DNA of 64,000 bases from Schmidtea nova (Eukaryota): NCBI GenBank assembly GCA_044892505.1, contig CM097882.1:224936001-225000000 (forward strand). The letters are read 5' to 3'. The position numbers were made by a program, and so were the translations under genes. Below are positions 50,770-64,000 of this stretch, piece after piece. The stretch's first letter is position 1, and each line of letters opens with the position of its first letter. The notes beneath the pieces are model-generated. The model was not told where the DNA came from. It saw only the letters and a program-made list of their open reading frames with translations, and ran no database searches.

Positions 50770-52549
50770 CAATGATGACTTAAAGATCAAGAACTCGCGA
50801 GATTGAAACACATTAGTAATCTGAAACTGAATGACTTATTAATATCCAATTAGAAACGATAATATAAATCAAAAACGTGATATCGACAATTTGTGTTATT
50901 ATATCCTGAGATGTTAATGGAAATGTATCATTGCGAAATAATTGTGGTTGATATATTATTCACGAATCATTCAACAAGTCATACAATCATTATTCATAAG
51001 AAATTAATTCACGTACCTAAAGGGACCTTCGTACTGTATAAAAGGACGCTACTTGAACAATAACATTATAATTTACGCAGACTAAGACTTGCCAAATCAA
51101 ACTCAACCACAAGATAATAGAATCCAACCCCGAGATTAACTTACTTTATTCAGCCCAGTTTCTACGGAGTATTTACATGAATCATTTAAGTTTTCTTAGT
51201 TTTCTATTATTTAATAGGAGTTGCCCAAATTGGTGCGAGTTCTGATGGAAGTTATCGGAGAACTGCTTCTTACTTCACACGTTTGAAAAATGTTCAACCG
51301 AATGAGGTTTTCAGATCATTAAGAAATGCGGCAGCACTTGACTGATTTCGACAGAGAAATATGTTCCAAATATGAAACCCTGCATAACAATTGTTAAACG
51401 GGAACTGAAGGAAGATTTGCTAGAAACACTGAAGAGCATTCTATCTATTACATCTTCAAAATCAAACCAAGAATGATGACAGACAAAACCTCATGAGTTC
51501 TACTTACAAATATGAATAATAAGATAACTCAACGTCAACGTCAACTTGGAAATGAGAGTGTCAACGTATCCGAAGATACAAACCCTGAACAATATTTCGT
51601 GAATCATCAGCGATACTTTATCAGTTAAAAGTCGAAAAAAGTCAGGAGTCTTGTGGACAGATGCCAAAAACAAGAGACCAAATTTTAAGTCGGTAAAAGG
51701 AGTATGAAAAACTATGGTACGTGTGACTTACCTGAGTGTGACAATATATTCGATGCGAATTTCAGAACTTTCATTTTCCAGCGTAATAGTGAAACCAAGA
51801 GATTTATGTTTTGGATATTTTTTTTATTTAGTTGAAATTTTAATTTCTTGTTATTATTTATTTGAGGTTTCTTTTGTGTTATAAAATCATATAATGCACA
51901 TGAGAACTAGTAATAAATCTCTGAATTTTGTGAAGGTTTTGTTTTGAATAGAAACATATTCAGGTGTTGTTTGAAGGATAAATGTATACTAATTGGGAGG
52001 ATGAAATTAATGTAGATGATTAGTAAATTCAAATAGTAGAAATAGATTCCATAATCGACGAATTACGTGTTGAGTTAGGTAAGGCCCAACAAAAGAAGAA
52101 AAACTCATACATTGACTCAAAACATTTGAAAACGCGTGGTTCAATCCGGAGTAGATGAAGCACTCACGTTGACAAGGGACATCGCGGAAATTAAGTTGCT
52201 AAACATTCAGCTACGGGAAGCGAAACACAAGAGAAATCAACAAACTACCACTACCAATGTCACTCAACATTCAGCTCTTAACATATCAGAAAATCTTATT
52301 GTTCCCTATCCAACTTTATCAACATAAACCAACGCCAAATGCTTTTACTTTTTTATAGAAGAAGCAAACCAGGGAGATCAGAAAAGAAAAGGAGACAATT
52401 ATGAAAATATCATGTATTATCGAGCCGTTGAAAATCTAAGCAAAGTAGAGAACATTGGCTTTTCGTAAATAAGTTGTCTTCTGAAGTTTTTTATTTTTTA
52501 TTTTTTGAGGAATTACAAGCACATGTGGAGATATTGCTAAGTAGAAAAT

Positions 52550-54150
52550 TGTTAAGGATACCTAAATAGTAAATAATATAATAAATAAATATAATAACTT
52601 GGGGAAAATCAATATAGTGATTGTGATAGCATTCTGGAACTTAGAGAAGAAACGGAAAAGCAAAAAATTGAGAAATAAGGAAGGAGTAACAAAATAAAAG
52701 AAATTAAACAAAAAAATCAGAGAAAGGTCAATTAAAATTAATAAGTGCAAAAAAGCAAAAAGGAATTCCAAAATGAAAAACAAAAAACGAAAACAAAATC
52801 GGCATCACGACAGCTGTCAGTGGTGTTGAGGATACCTAAATAGTAAATAATAATAATAATAATATAAATAATTAGAATAACTTAGGGGAAAACCGATAGG
52901 GTGATTGAGATAGCATTCTGGAATTTGGAGAAGAAAAATGAAAAGAAAAATTGAGAAATGAGGAAGGAATAACAAAACAAAAGAAATTCAACAATACAGC
53001 GGAGAAAGATCACTTATCAAAAGCAAGAAAACAAAAAGGAATTCCAAAATTGGAGAGCAAAAACGAAAAATGAAATCAAAATCTGCATTTCCACAACTGT
53101 CAGAGGTAACTTGAGAACTAGGAAAAAGTATGGGAAATGACAGAAGCAGAAATGAAAAAAACAAACTATGCGGAGTGTCGAACTGTCAGGGGTAACACGG
53201 AGTTGAAAAAAGAAAATGCCAGAGACAGTAGTGGGAAAGGCAAATAGTCATGATTGAATTATTCCTGTTTGATTATCTCAAGCTTCTCTTCATTAGAGAT
53301 TTTTTCTTTTTGCTTTGACAATTTCTTTGACTTTGTATTTGGCTTGGCAACGTTTTTTTGTTTATTTCTAATTATTATTCTATTATTGATTTTATTTTTT
53401 AAATTTCTATTTCTATTTTGTTATTATTATTTCTGCAAGTTTGCGAACTAATAATAAAAAAAACTGATAAAAATAATAGTAAAAAATAACACACACGCAT
53501 GATGATAGGCATAACAATGATTCAACCATAACACAGACATACCCCGTCATTTGGTACTGTTCCAATAGTGCTTAGCAATGGTTTTCAATAAGAGTGGAAT
53601 AATTTTATGTCACTTGTAAGTAGTCAGGTGAATTTATAAATAACTATATAGATAAATTATTAAACCACCCAAAAGGGACACACAAATGAGAAAATAAAAA
53701 TAGTGTATATCAAAGATTTTCAATGTGAGTCAGCGAGGAGAAATCAAAAGGTTTCTCGATAGAGATAATAATTTTTATCCAATTTATCCACAAAAAACAA
53801 CATGAACTAACCTTTAAAAAGCACCAACTCGTCTCAAAGACCTATAAAAATTTTAGCATAATATTATTTTATTATAATTTGTTCTACATTTTAATTTTAA
53901 TTATTATTGCGTTGAGGATACCTAAATAATAAAATTAAATATAATAATGAAATTGATTGGAAAAAATTGATAAAGTAAACGATGTGATGTTCTGAAATTC
54001 ATAGAATAAGGAATTGGTGCAAAAAATTAAGAAATGAGAAGATAATACAAAAAATTGTGGATATCAAACAATAAAATAAAAGCTCATTATTAATTATTAA
54101 GTACAAGAAGGAAAAAGGAATTCCAAAATCGAAAAGAAAATCAAGAAATT
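52550..54150 (+). mobile_element. LTR G cluster: three repeated LTR starts
   Basis: (T/C)GTT(A/G)AGGATACCTAAATA at 52550, 52825 and about 53910; E-like 3' end at 53550-53684. Confidence 0.65.
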
Positions 54151-55846
54151 CATATTTTGACATCTTTTCGAAGATAACAAGAGTTCAGAAGAAAAGACGA
54201 AACAACAATAATGAAAGATTTATATATCACTACACTGCCAGAAATAATGCAGGCGCTATGAAGAAAGTATGGAATAGGCAAAGAAAAAAATAAATGGAAA
54301 AATAAGAATAATCTCAAGTACCAGAAAATGATTAACTATAAAAGGGAGAAAACAAAGCAAACGAAATAGAGATTGGATTATAGAGAAATTAAAATTAGAG
54401 TAGAATAGAGAAATCAGAAGTCGAAATTAAATAAATTGGAAAACAAGAATTGTACTAAAGAAAATCGATAAAGGAATTAGCTGAGTCAAAATAGAATTAA
54501 ATTATCGGAAAACGTGGAATAAAAGGAAAAATTGAAAAGATTCAATTGAACCTGGTAAAACAAGAACTAATCTAGTAAGAAAGAAGCCATATCTAATTGA
54601 ACAAAATATGCAGGTCAAAGAAAGAGAAAAACTAAATCGATTTGTCACTTGTTGAATCCAAGTCATCAGTGAGTGATAGTTAAACTTTAGGTATTATAAG
54701 CTAGTGGTATTCTTCACTGAACTGAAATAAACTTGTAAACAAGCAATAGTTTTGACGTGATTATTCATTATATCAAAATGATAATTTCTAAAGACTAGTC
54801 AAGTTTATAATAGACACAAGAGTTTATCCACCTTCTCCTTATTATTTTCAACTCAGGTTGCATTAACCCTTTCACATTAAGACACATTTACCAACAGTCG
54901 AACACTGTAATTATCCAACTTCTTTATATTTAGAAGAATAACATACGTTACCATTTTATACACTAGGTATGTTTATGTGAGTTTAGACTGCATAACCGTC
55001 CAAACTCAAAATACTACAGGATTATTTTATCCAATATCACTGCAGAAGCAGCAGAATTAGAAATCGACCTAACTTGCCTTATTTTTATAGTCCTACATAT
55101 CAATGTGTCACATGTAGCTACTCATTGTTGTTTATTACTGACTTTTATGTTTAGATTAATACTGAAATAAATCGTAGTGAATCTATTAATAATAATATCA
55201 AGTTTCCACGAATTAGATAATGATTTCAATATTTGAGAATTTATGAAAATAAAAATAAATACTATTAATTATCTGAATTTAAATAAAACTCGAATTAGTA
55301 AAATAATTAAATATATATTATGTTGAAATTGAATATTAATAAAAATAGGTTTCAAAAAAATTATTAATATGTTAAAATTTCAATGTACATCCCCAAACTG
55401 TGATTGATATATGTCTAAATAAACAATCTCCTCAAAGGGATTAATATTTTAGGCTTTTATAGCTGACTTGTTAAAATATAACAAGTATATAAGCAAAAGA
55501 GCCTTTATGTTTAACATAAAACTTTAAAAAACATTTCTCGAAATACAAAAAATATTTATTTTTAATTATTTAAACAAGTTAATTATTCTTTTTTAAAAAT
55601 TTATAAGTTGATATCTGCATAATTAAAAAATAAATCAGTAAATTATATCTGAAAGATATAGGAATACACAAATTCAAAAAATTGAACATGAATTATAAAT
55701 CATGTAAGAAGTTTAAGTCTTTAATAAAATATTTTATAAATTCTAAATAATGTAATAAGTTTTAGGTGCGTTAAGGCAGTTTGTATCAAGAAATTAATAA
55801 ATAATATATTGAAAAATTTAAGAATATTAACAATTTGAAAATTTTA

Positions 55847-56266
55847 TCAAGAGGTGTATTGTCTATGGGTATTTAATCTTGAGTTGCCATGGTTATTGTA
55901 GTAATTGTACATTACTCCATCGACTCTAAAATCATTTGTGTAGATAAATGGTAAACCCTTTGGGCAAAAACTAAATCCAACAAGTTCTTGTTTAATCGCT
56001 GTGGTAACACAGTACATAGTGATCGCGCATAAAGGTAATTTTAAATTATCAATAGAAGTCACCAAGTAAGCAAATTGTTGTGGTTTATCAATGTTGGGCC
56101 AAAACTGCAAATTTTTTAAATGAGGTGGTAACACCACAAGTAGAGAGCGCGCAAGATTCTGATTTAACCAAAACATCAAGTAAAAACCCAAGTGGTTAAA
56201 AGAAACATGTCTAAAAAGATAGAATAGACAAAAGAAACACATTGAATATGCACGTGGAGAACGCAT
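55847..56266 (-). CDS. Unassigned 139-aa ORF with hydrophobic N-terminus
   Basis: Open frame in higher-GC unique sequence; the + frames I read contain stops; no motif recognised. Confidence 0.4.
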   Translation of the reverse strand: MRSPRAYSMCFFCLFYLFRHVSFNHLGFYLMFWLNQNLARSLLVVLPPHLKNLQFWPNIDKPQQFAYLVTSIDNLKLPLCAITMYCVTTAIKQELVGFSFCPKGLPFIYTNDFRVDGVMYNYYNNHGNSRLNTHRQYTS

Positions 56267-57108
56267 TCATGTTATAAAACCTCAGTTGTGGAAATTTAGC
56301 ATGTTTTTAAAAGGAAGATTGCGATTTTATCTAAAAAATTCGTAAAAATATAAAAGAAAACAATTTTGATCGAAAATATAACAAATTAAAGCAAATTAAA
56401 ATAAACTTTAATTCAAAAGTAAAATTTTGGATTGAAAATAAATTATTTATGAAAAATTAGTTTTATGAAAATTTGATGTAAAATTATTAATATAATTTTG
56501 CGGAAAATTGTTGGAATTAATTTCGAGAAAATTAGAAACTCCTTCTAGAACAATTTGTTTTAATACATCAATGAAGATAACACACGGAAGGAGGTATATA
56601 TACCGCCATCAAAATGGCAAGAATCAGAATTTGCGGAAATTTTATTTTATTTTACTAGAATTTTGCAGAATTTGTGACAGAAAATTTTTGTCAGAATTTG
56701 AAGAAAAACTGATTTTGATATTTTTCCGGAGAACTTGTGGAACCTTTCTCCTAAATTCAAGTTTGGTGACATCGAATTCGAAGATTATGCAACTTTTGCA
56801 GAATCAGTGGAGAATCAAGATATTTGGAAAAAGAAAATCCGAACTTATAAAATAACCCGTGCGATTTGATTAACTGTTTGGACTGAAATTAATGTAAGCA
56901 CCTTTTCATTGTTCGGTGCGGGGTCATTGAAAAGTCATGCCCCTTCAATTACCTCGTACCCAGTAATATTTTATTTTGTCCTTTATGAATCTTAGTGTAT
57001 TATTATTATTTCATTTTTAATATTTTATGAAAATATCAAATTTTCTATGTCATATGATTTTTTTAATTTTTTTTTTATTTATTATTCTATTAAAATTTTA
57101 CTTTACTG

Positions 57109-58457
57109 TGCTGGGTGGTATGAGTGTTGTTACAAAATTATTACCGACTCCTAGGGGTTAACACAACCCACACCGCAACATAAATGTTACTCCATCACAC
57201 ACGTGTACCCATAGTTATTCCCCAAATAACTATGTTGGCACTGTACACGGTGGCGAGAATCTAGTGAGCAGATGAGCTCTGTTGCCGAAACTACTCCTCA
57301 CTAAATTCTCTCTTTCGGGTTCTTGCTGCCGATAGAATGACTTACGCATCTGCTTTCCTTTCGGTCCTATCACAATTCATCTCAATTATTCATTACTTTC
57401 CGCTGTCAATCATCTCCCTTTTTTCGTTATCAACTAATTCACCAAAACGATGAATTCTCATTGTAATCCCCTTTTCTTCCGCCCAAATTTGGTTCAAGTA
57501 CGCCACATCGCCTAACCCTCCGAAGAGAGTCAGGACGAGAGGCCATTTATTGCCCATCAGGTCGCGAGACCTTAAGGACATGCACTTATTGATTTTTCCC
57601 CCGGCTGTTATGAGGGTTTACCCACAATTAATCATAAAATGTATGATTCGAAATATTTATTGACTACAATTTACATGACATGATTAAATACGATGTACAT
57701 TACAACTACCATGCACAAACCAAACCTACTTACCTACACGACTGGCTGGCGAAACTGAAATTAAACTTTGTTCTAACTTGCAGAACTAACTGAGTGTTTT
57801 CAACTGATTTTTGCGTCTATTTATACTAAAATAGATTGACACCCACGCATATTTTCATTCAATTGATTATATTATGACTGAAACTGAATTTATTTGTTTC
57901 AATAACCGATTATTTATTTATTTTTTTGTAAATTTTATTTTATAATTTTATTTAGTTATTTCTAAGATATTTGATTTTAATTCCGATAAATGATGTGTAT
58001 GTCCTTTGTTTTTGTACATTTATTGATTGATTAAAACAATCAATTTTAATTGAATTCTATTTTTATTCCTACTTCTGTTATTTTGCCGATATTTCAATGG
58101 GGATTTTTCCTATAATTTTTAATAAATTATTTTCTTTAATTTGATGTCAATTTTATTCTTTGACCATGCTTTGCTTTATTTTTATACCAGCAATGATCTT
58201 CCCCATTCAATTCTCGCGCGGTTCTTCATGTGTAAATGCGATCTGCACTCAAATTGTGGGCTCTCTTTTCCATCGTTTAAGCCCTATCTCGACCGACTTA
58301 TCGAATGCGGTTCGTATGATTACTATTGTAATTTACTGTTTTATTTTCTTTTGTGTTAATTTACTGCGTGATGCTTTATCGTGCGTTTTTAAACTTGTTC
58401 CTTTTAATTTTCGATGAATTCAAACAAAATCTTATTTTCGATTTCGCCAGCCTAACA
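57109..58457 (-). mobile_element. LTR C (1349 bp), probable 3' LTR of the gag-bearing element
   Basis: TGTTAGGCTGG...CCACCCAGCA; TATAAATA at 57825, GTAAGT donor at 57733; shares TAAACCCTCAT/GGCCTCTC and the terminal structure with A and B. Confidence 0.75.
57202..57249 (-). ncRNA. Conserved structured cis-element, copy C
   Basis: CGTGTAC/GTACACG, bulge AGTGCCAA, perfect 10-bp CATAGTTATT/AATAACTATG, loop TGGGG with CCCC downstream. Confidence 0.6.
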
Positions 58458-58649
58458 ACACTCCGGGGCCCGTTTAAATTGCGTCCCGCAATTTCATTAA
58501 ATATACATTTCACACATAATTCATGCATACTCATACTTACAACCTGCAGATACATGTCTATCAAGACAAGACAGAATCACATAAGGTGATCGATTCATAC
58601 CAATAAATACCGATAACAGTTACACTGATGATGTCAATGTTATTTCAGT

Positions 58650-61600
58650 TTATTGTTGGATCCTTCGACTCGATGTGGTTTTGTTTTCATATGGTGGGTT
58701 GACTTCATTGATTGCCCCTGATTCACGTCGGACTTGATTCCTGAGTTCGGATTGTGTTGATTCTGGGTTTCTCGATTGTTGATTGACTTGAATGCTTTCG
58801 AGGTTTACGTTTTCTTGGTTGGACGGATTTTGAATTGTTGATGGTTTTCCTTTTAATGTTCTTCCTTGGGATTCTTTCCAGGTGATTAAGTTGACGATTA
58901 TCAGAATACTGAGGTGATGATTATGACAATGACCCATCTTTTTTGATTGGCTTCTTGGATTTGGTAGCCCTTTTCATAGTCTTTTCGTTCTTTTTAATAA
59001 TCCTTGGATTTTCAGGATTTACAGGATTCGGGTTTGATCGTCTTTGTATGGGATCGGTCTTTCTTGGGTTTTTGTGATTGATTCGGCAAATCTCAGTTTG
59101 ATTTGTTATTGCTCATCGGGTTTTTCTTTTGAGTGGGTTGGATTCGGTGTTTTCATCATTAATTTTATATTCAGGATTGTTGGGGTAACGAGTCGATTCT
59201 CCATGATTCTGTCTATTCATATACATTGACATTGATACATATACATTGAAGCACTGTTTGTTCATTCATCATTACTGTGTTATTTACACGAGCGACTTTT
59301 CCATTATTTTACACCAATGTCCTGCACCCAGTCTTTCTCTCTGCCTTCTATTCGTTCTACCAATTTCACGTTCTTGTTTTAATTTCCCAGTTTTGTTCTT
59401 TGACGAATTTCTGTCTATTCTGATCCCATTTTCTTTTCTAAAGCTTCTTGTCAGTTCTTTCTTCTCATCGTTTTCTTTTTCCAATTTCCGTAATGTTCAC
59501 CTAGTTCTCGTAGTTTTCGTTAATTTTCTGCTCTCTTGCTGTACTTCATACTGTCTTTCTTTGTATTTTAAAATTCTATAATATGCATACCCCTGAAGGT
59601 AATAGTATGGTTATACATTTGATTTACACTATCTATATATAGTCATATCCCGACCTCTATTTCACGGGTGTTCTTTTCACTTTGTATTGTCTTGCGTTTC
59701 TTAATCTCTTCAATTTCTTCTCTTATAAAATTTTCGTTTGACTTCATTTCTTTGTGACGTGGTTCCATTTCTCGTGTTCTGGGTTTTACAGTGGACGAGT
59801 TTGATGATTTCTTGATTTTTTCTGGTTTTTGTTTTTTTGAAATACATATACATTGGATTTACATATGATTGTTTTACTACTGACATATACATTTCTTTGA
59901 TTTCTACAAATAGTAATAACATACTGATACTTATACATTGAATTTGCTATTTACCATTGATCCACTTTGTTTGTTTCTACACTTCACTCTTCACCACCTC
60001 ATCGTTTGTGGCGAGAGCTTTTACGGTTTTTACATTGTTTGCGATCTCTACGTGTTCTGATATCAATTCCTCATACTTTAGATTTTCTTTTTCTTTTAAT
60101 CGAGTTATTTCTTGTAGTGCTAATATTAATTGAGTCTGAAATCTGGATATTATTTCTCTTTGCATAATGATTTCTTGTTGATCCGTGTGAATTAACCGCT
60201 TCATTTTGATTAATTGTATCTCTTTGCTTTTATTATCCTCCATCAAGATTTTCCATATTTTCTTAAGATTGTTTACTTGGTTATCCAGTTTGACGATTTT
60301 GTCATCTTTACATTCATTCACGTTCTTCACTTGGTTTTGATTTCTTTGACTTGCGTATTTCTTGTTGTTTTGATCAATTGTCACCTGATTTATTGTTTTG
60401 GTACACTGGAACGCTAAATGCCCTCCTTTTCCGCATTGGTAACATACTTGCATATACTGACGAGGCTCTTTGATCTGTTCTCTCTTTGAATAGTTTTGAA
60501 TAATTCGATTTTCGTAATGCCTTTCCGTTTGTTGGTTATTTTTATCTTTGCATTCGAATTGTTTTATCTCTTTGGTTGTCTTTGGTATAATTTCGTTACT
60601 GATTTTGTCCAGCTAATTTTGGTTTTCTTGTTGTTTCTTGCGATTCCGGCAATTTCTTGAAATGTGCCCTTTTTTCCCACAGTTGTAACATCATTGAATA
60701 CCACAAACTTTCTTTCGATGTCCTTTCCTTCCACATTTGGTATATATTTTATTCTTGAAACAGCTGCTTTCCAAGTGTCCTTGTCTTTGGCAACATTTAC
60801 ACCATTCGTCCTTTTTGTATAAATACTCTTCTTTTATTTCTTGTTGGCCTTTCTTTTTTTCTTTTCACTTTTGTTTCCTTCTTCTGCGTTTCTGGTTTGT
60901 TCTTTTATCTTCTCGACTTCTGTCATATCGTTTATTACTGACAAGTTCATTTATCGTTATATTTTCTATTTCTTCTATTATTTCACTTTCAATTATTGCT
61001 TTTCTGTTTTGTTTTGCTCGATTGTCAATTTCCACTTTTCTTAGCATATTGATCCTTGGTTTATTCTTTTCGTGTTGTTTCCATAGTTCCTCTATCTTTT
61101 GTGCACTCTTACTCCCATTCGCCAGTTTCAACATATTTGCCTTTAGTAATTCCTCTTTTATCTTTCTCCAATGTTCCTCGTTGACACGGGCCTGCCATCC
61201 TCCCAATTTGATCCATTTGAATTCTTCCTAACGGGCTTCTCTGATTGTAAGCTTTTGTGGTTCTGGTTGGCAACCTACCATCATGTTGATTTTCCCTGCG
61301 TTTCCCGTTAATTTCATTCCATTTTCGGTTGACTTCACGATCTCGTCTTTTTTTGTTTGTAATTGTCATTTGCTTGAGCACTCTTTCAAATTGTTTTTTT
61401 CTTTCTTGAAATCTTCCTTGTGATATACGAGGTTCTTCCCCTTTTAGTTTGCTACTACGTTCTTCACCTATTCTTGCCTCTTTTAATTGCAACTCTAGCC
61501 ATTCTCGAAGTTGTTTCACTTGCGGTGTTTCCTCTGTTGATTCAGTTTCTACGGATGTCAATTTGTTTATTCTTGGCTGATTTTGACTTTTGTTTAGTTG

Positions 61601-62950
61601 CAATATCGCTTCTGTTATGGTCGCAAATGCTTTTTGTATATCTTCCACTCCCATTTGAGGTTGTTTGATTCCCGAGTTTTTGGTATTCTCTTGACAGTCT
61701 CTTTTTATTTACCCTTCTTGTTGCAGTCTTGTCCCTCTTTGTATATAACTTTGTTTGTTTTCTTGATCGCCTTGGTCGTTTTCGGTTTCTATTTTATGCA
61801 TCACGCTAATTTTCTGTTGATTTGGTTGCTGCGTTACCCTTGTTATCCCGTTGATTATCTTGTTTAGCTTTGAGATTTCTTCCATTAGTTCTATCTCTCT
61901 GTTATCCTGGTTGTTGTTCATAATGTTATTTTGATTGTAGTTGTTTATTCCGTTTCTATTGATCTGTTGGTTTCTTTGTAGATTTTCTTTGATCCAACAT
62001 TTTCGCGATACATGTCCTAGTTCACCACAACTATAGCATCCACGTACTCCACATAATTTTTTAGTGTGTCCCCACATATCGCACTTTCCGCAATATTGGT
62101 TTTTATAGCACTCACTCTTCGTATGTCCGGATTTCCCACATGTTCGGCATTGTTTGGTTTATTTCTGTCCACGTTTTGGGTGCATCGCTTCCGGCTCTCT
62201 TTTTACTATACAAGTCCAGTGCGCTATCCTTCAAGTATAGCGGGATTCGATTCACTAACGTCTCTGGACTTCATTCGCATACGTCTACAAATATTCCGAA
62301 TTCTTTTAGAAACGTATCTAACCTGCTGGCATCTCCATTGAACGGTTAGCCTTTGAAGTTTTCTCTTAAGTCTTCTTTTGATTCTCCCATTTCTTTGATT
62401 CCGCTGTTTCGAGTTATTTTACTTTCGATTTTCCTCGGCCCTGTTCCAATATTTGGATTTTTATCTGGGTTTTTTTATTTTGTCTTCTGTGTCTTCGTTG
62501 CTGTTTATTGGTTCGTTACTTGAATTTCTTGTTGTTGTTTGGTTGACTTGAGAGTTTGTTTAAATTTCCCTGTTCTCTTTGATACTTGATTCACTGTTTG
62601 TACTCTGGATGTCTTGATCGTCTATTTTTTGATAGGGTCTTTTTATTGATGCTGATCGTGTTCTTCAGATTTTGTCTGCTTCGGATTTGTCTAGAAGTCG
62701 GTTGAATTTGGAACTTGGTTTGAGTTTCTTTTTGTAATGGTTCTCAATTATTTCCAATTTTCTTTCCCGATTTGAATTCCGATTTTTGTACGGTTATTTA
62801 ATTTACTGATGACTTCCTTTCAACTTGGGTTTGTCCTCGTGAATGGTGTTTAACTCTGTAATTTTATGTACTTTTGATTTGTTGGTTGCTGTTGACCTGG
62901 ATTGGTTTCTTGGTTCGATGCTCGTTGAAATCTACAATGTAAAATACACG
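58650..62950 (-). pseudogene. Decayed Ty3/Gypsy gag-like region with seven CCHC zinc knuckles; no pol
   Basis: Capsid-like PFNGDASRLDTFLKEF..RIPLYLKDSAL; knuckle triplets at about 62140-61990 and 60780-60645; single knuckle CYQCGKGGHLAFQC at about 60445; many stops and frameshifts. Confidence 0.85.
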
Positions 62951-63399
62951 ATTAACCATTTGGGTGGCTCACTGCTCACCCAGTTCCTCCAATTAATTAT
63001 TAATGAATAACTTCTACTCCTTAATTTCTTGAATATTCATGGGTCTTTTACTGTTCGCGTATCTCTTGATTTTAGTTTATTATCCTATCTATATTTTTCT
63101 GTTAACTGTCCTTTATATCATCGTAATTCGTCTGAACCTCATTTATTCGCACTTTTCTGTGTTTTGTCGCTTCAATTATTACGGTTGTTGTGTTCCTTGT
63201 CACTTAATTCTCTAAATTGATTTATTTCTTTTTAGTTGTTCTATATTCTTGCTTCTTGCACTTTTAATGACTTTTCTTTATCATCTCTTGGATTCTCCTG
63301 GATTTACACGTCTTACTCTTTTTTGTCTTCATTATTTTCTTTAGTCAATGGTTCTTAGTTTATTTGCCTTGGATTGTATTCCACTTCACTATTATTTTG

Positions 63400-63700
63400 C
63401 TTGTTCATGCAATTATTATTTTATTTGTTCGTACAACTGTTAATTTACTTGTTCATTTAACCTTTACTTGCTCGCCCTACTATTGTTTTACTGATTCAAC
63501 TTTTACTCTGTTCTAGTTTTTATTGCTTTACACGTCATCTTTTAATCTATTCCCTCCTTTATTATTTTACTTGTTCGTCTTTTAATCTGTTCTATTCTTT
63601 AGTAATTTACCTGTTCACCTTTTAATCTGGTCTGTTCTTTTTTACTTTACTTATTCTTTCTTTAATCTGTTTTGTTTTTTGATTATTTTACTTTTACCGT
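63400..63700. repeat. Degenerate short tandem repeats upstream of gag
   Basis: Recurrent TTTACTTGTTC and TTTTAATCTGTTC at irregular spacing. Confidence 0.55.
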
Positions 63701-64000
63701 GTCTGTTGGATTTTTCAGTAAGTATCTGGCTACATACTCAGCTCATCTTTTGTATTTTTCTATTCCTGGTGCGCGCCTTAATTTCTATTCTATTTACTTT
63801 TCCTATTGTCGACGATTTAAATCTTATCGGTTCTGTCCAAACTATTTTTATCTAAGTAATTTATACTATGACTTTCTTTGAGTTGTGGTTCCTTGGTCTT
63901 TGTCAAATTATTTTATGTCTGTCTTAATACCTTTATAGCTCATTATGTTCTATTTAGCCTCTTTTAAATTATTTATGTCCCTTTTATGGCTCATCTTGTT

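Larger units (their letters stand above)
48359..52549 (+). mobile_element. Long LTR H, interrupted by two solo LTRs, with a decayed ORF2 homologue
   Basis: Starts TGTTGGGCTGG; 48400-48517 and 49591-49860 are colinear with the U3 of LTR C; WFNPE..TRDIAEIKLLNIQLR at 52039-52330; 3' end not found and continuity past 50773 is assumed. Confidence 0.55.

Noticed and set aside
57263-57303. Hammerhead-like CAGATGAG...CGAAAC on the + strand
   Set aside because: U4 is replaced, stem III cannot pair, and GAAA is absent in homologous copies at 48310, A and B
62965-62991. TGGAGGAACTGGGTGAG (minus) as primer-binding site
   Set aside because: Not preceded by an LTR CA end, and I cannot match it to a tRNA 3' end

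Overview
Very AT-rich eukaryotic genomic DNA, most likely from a planarian-type flatworm. This is an inference from base composition, a 55-nt GT-AG intron and the transposon spectrum; there is also a 232-nt N gap at 1200-1431. One host gene is clearly recognisable: an SLC52 riboflavin transporter on the minus strand (exons at 46025-46016, 45960-45812, 44362-43981 and 31360-~31112, later exons not found). Almost everything else is transposable-element material. It includes two hAT elements, a hAT Charlie/Buster deletion derivative, a FLYWCH-MULE, a nearly intact Tc1 (DD34E), a mini-Helitron, Ty3/Gypsy pol fragments, a Penelope fragment with degenerate hammerhead ribozymes, a multi-zinc-knuckle gag region, a 5x157-bp tandem array and a fold-back repeat family. 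The most unusual signal is a family of LTR-like units (TGTTG...CCAGCA/CCAACA ends, 4-bp TSDs) ranging from 0.85 to 3.05 kb. The long members carry a TATA promoter, conserved splice sites and novel ORF families. These include an Arg-rich, TQT-containing, Leu-rich-tailed protein. A stem-bulge-stem RNA element with compensatory changes lies near the LTR 3' end in about six diverged copies. All calls were made by eye without alignment or folding tools.
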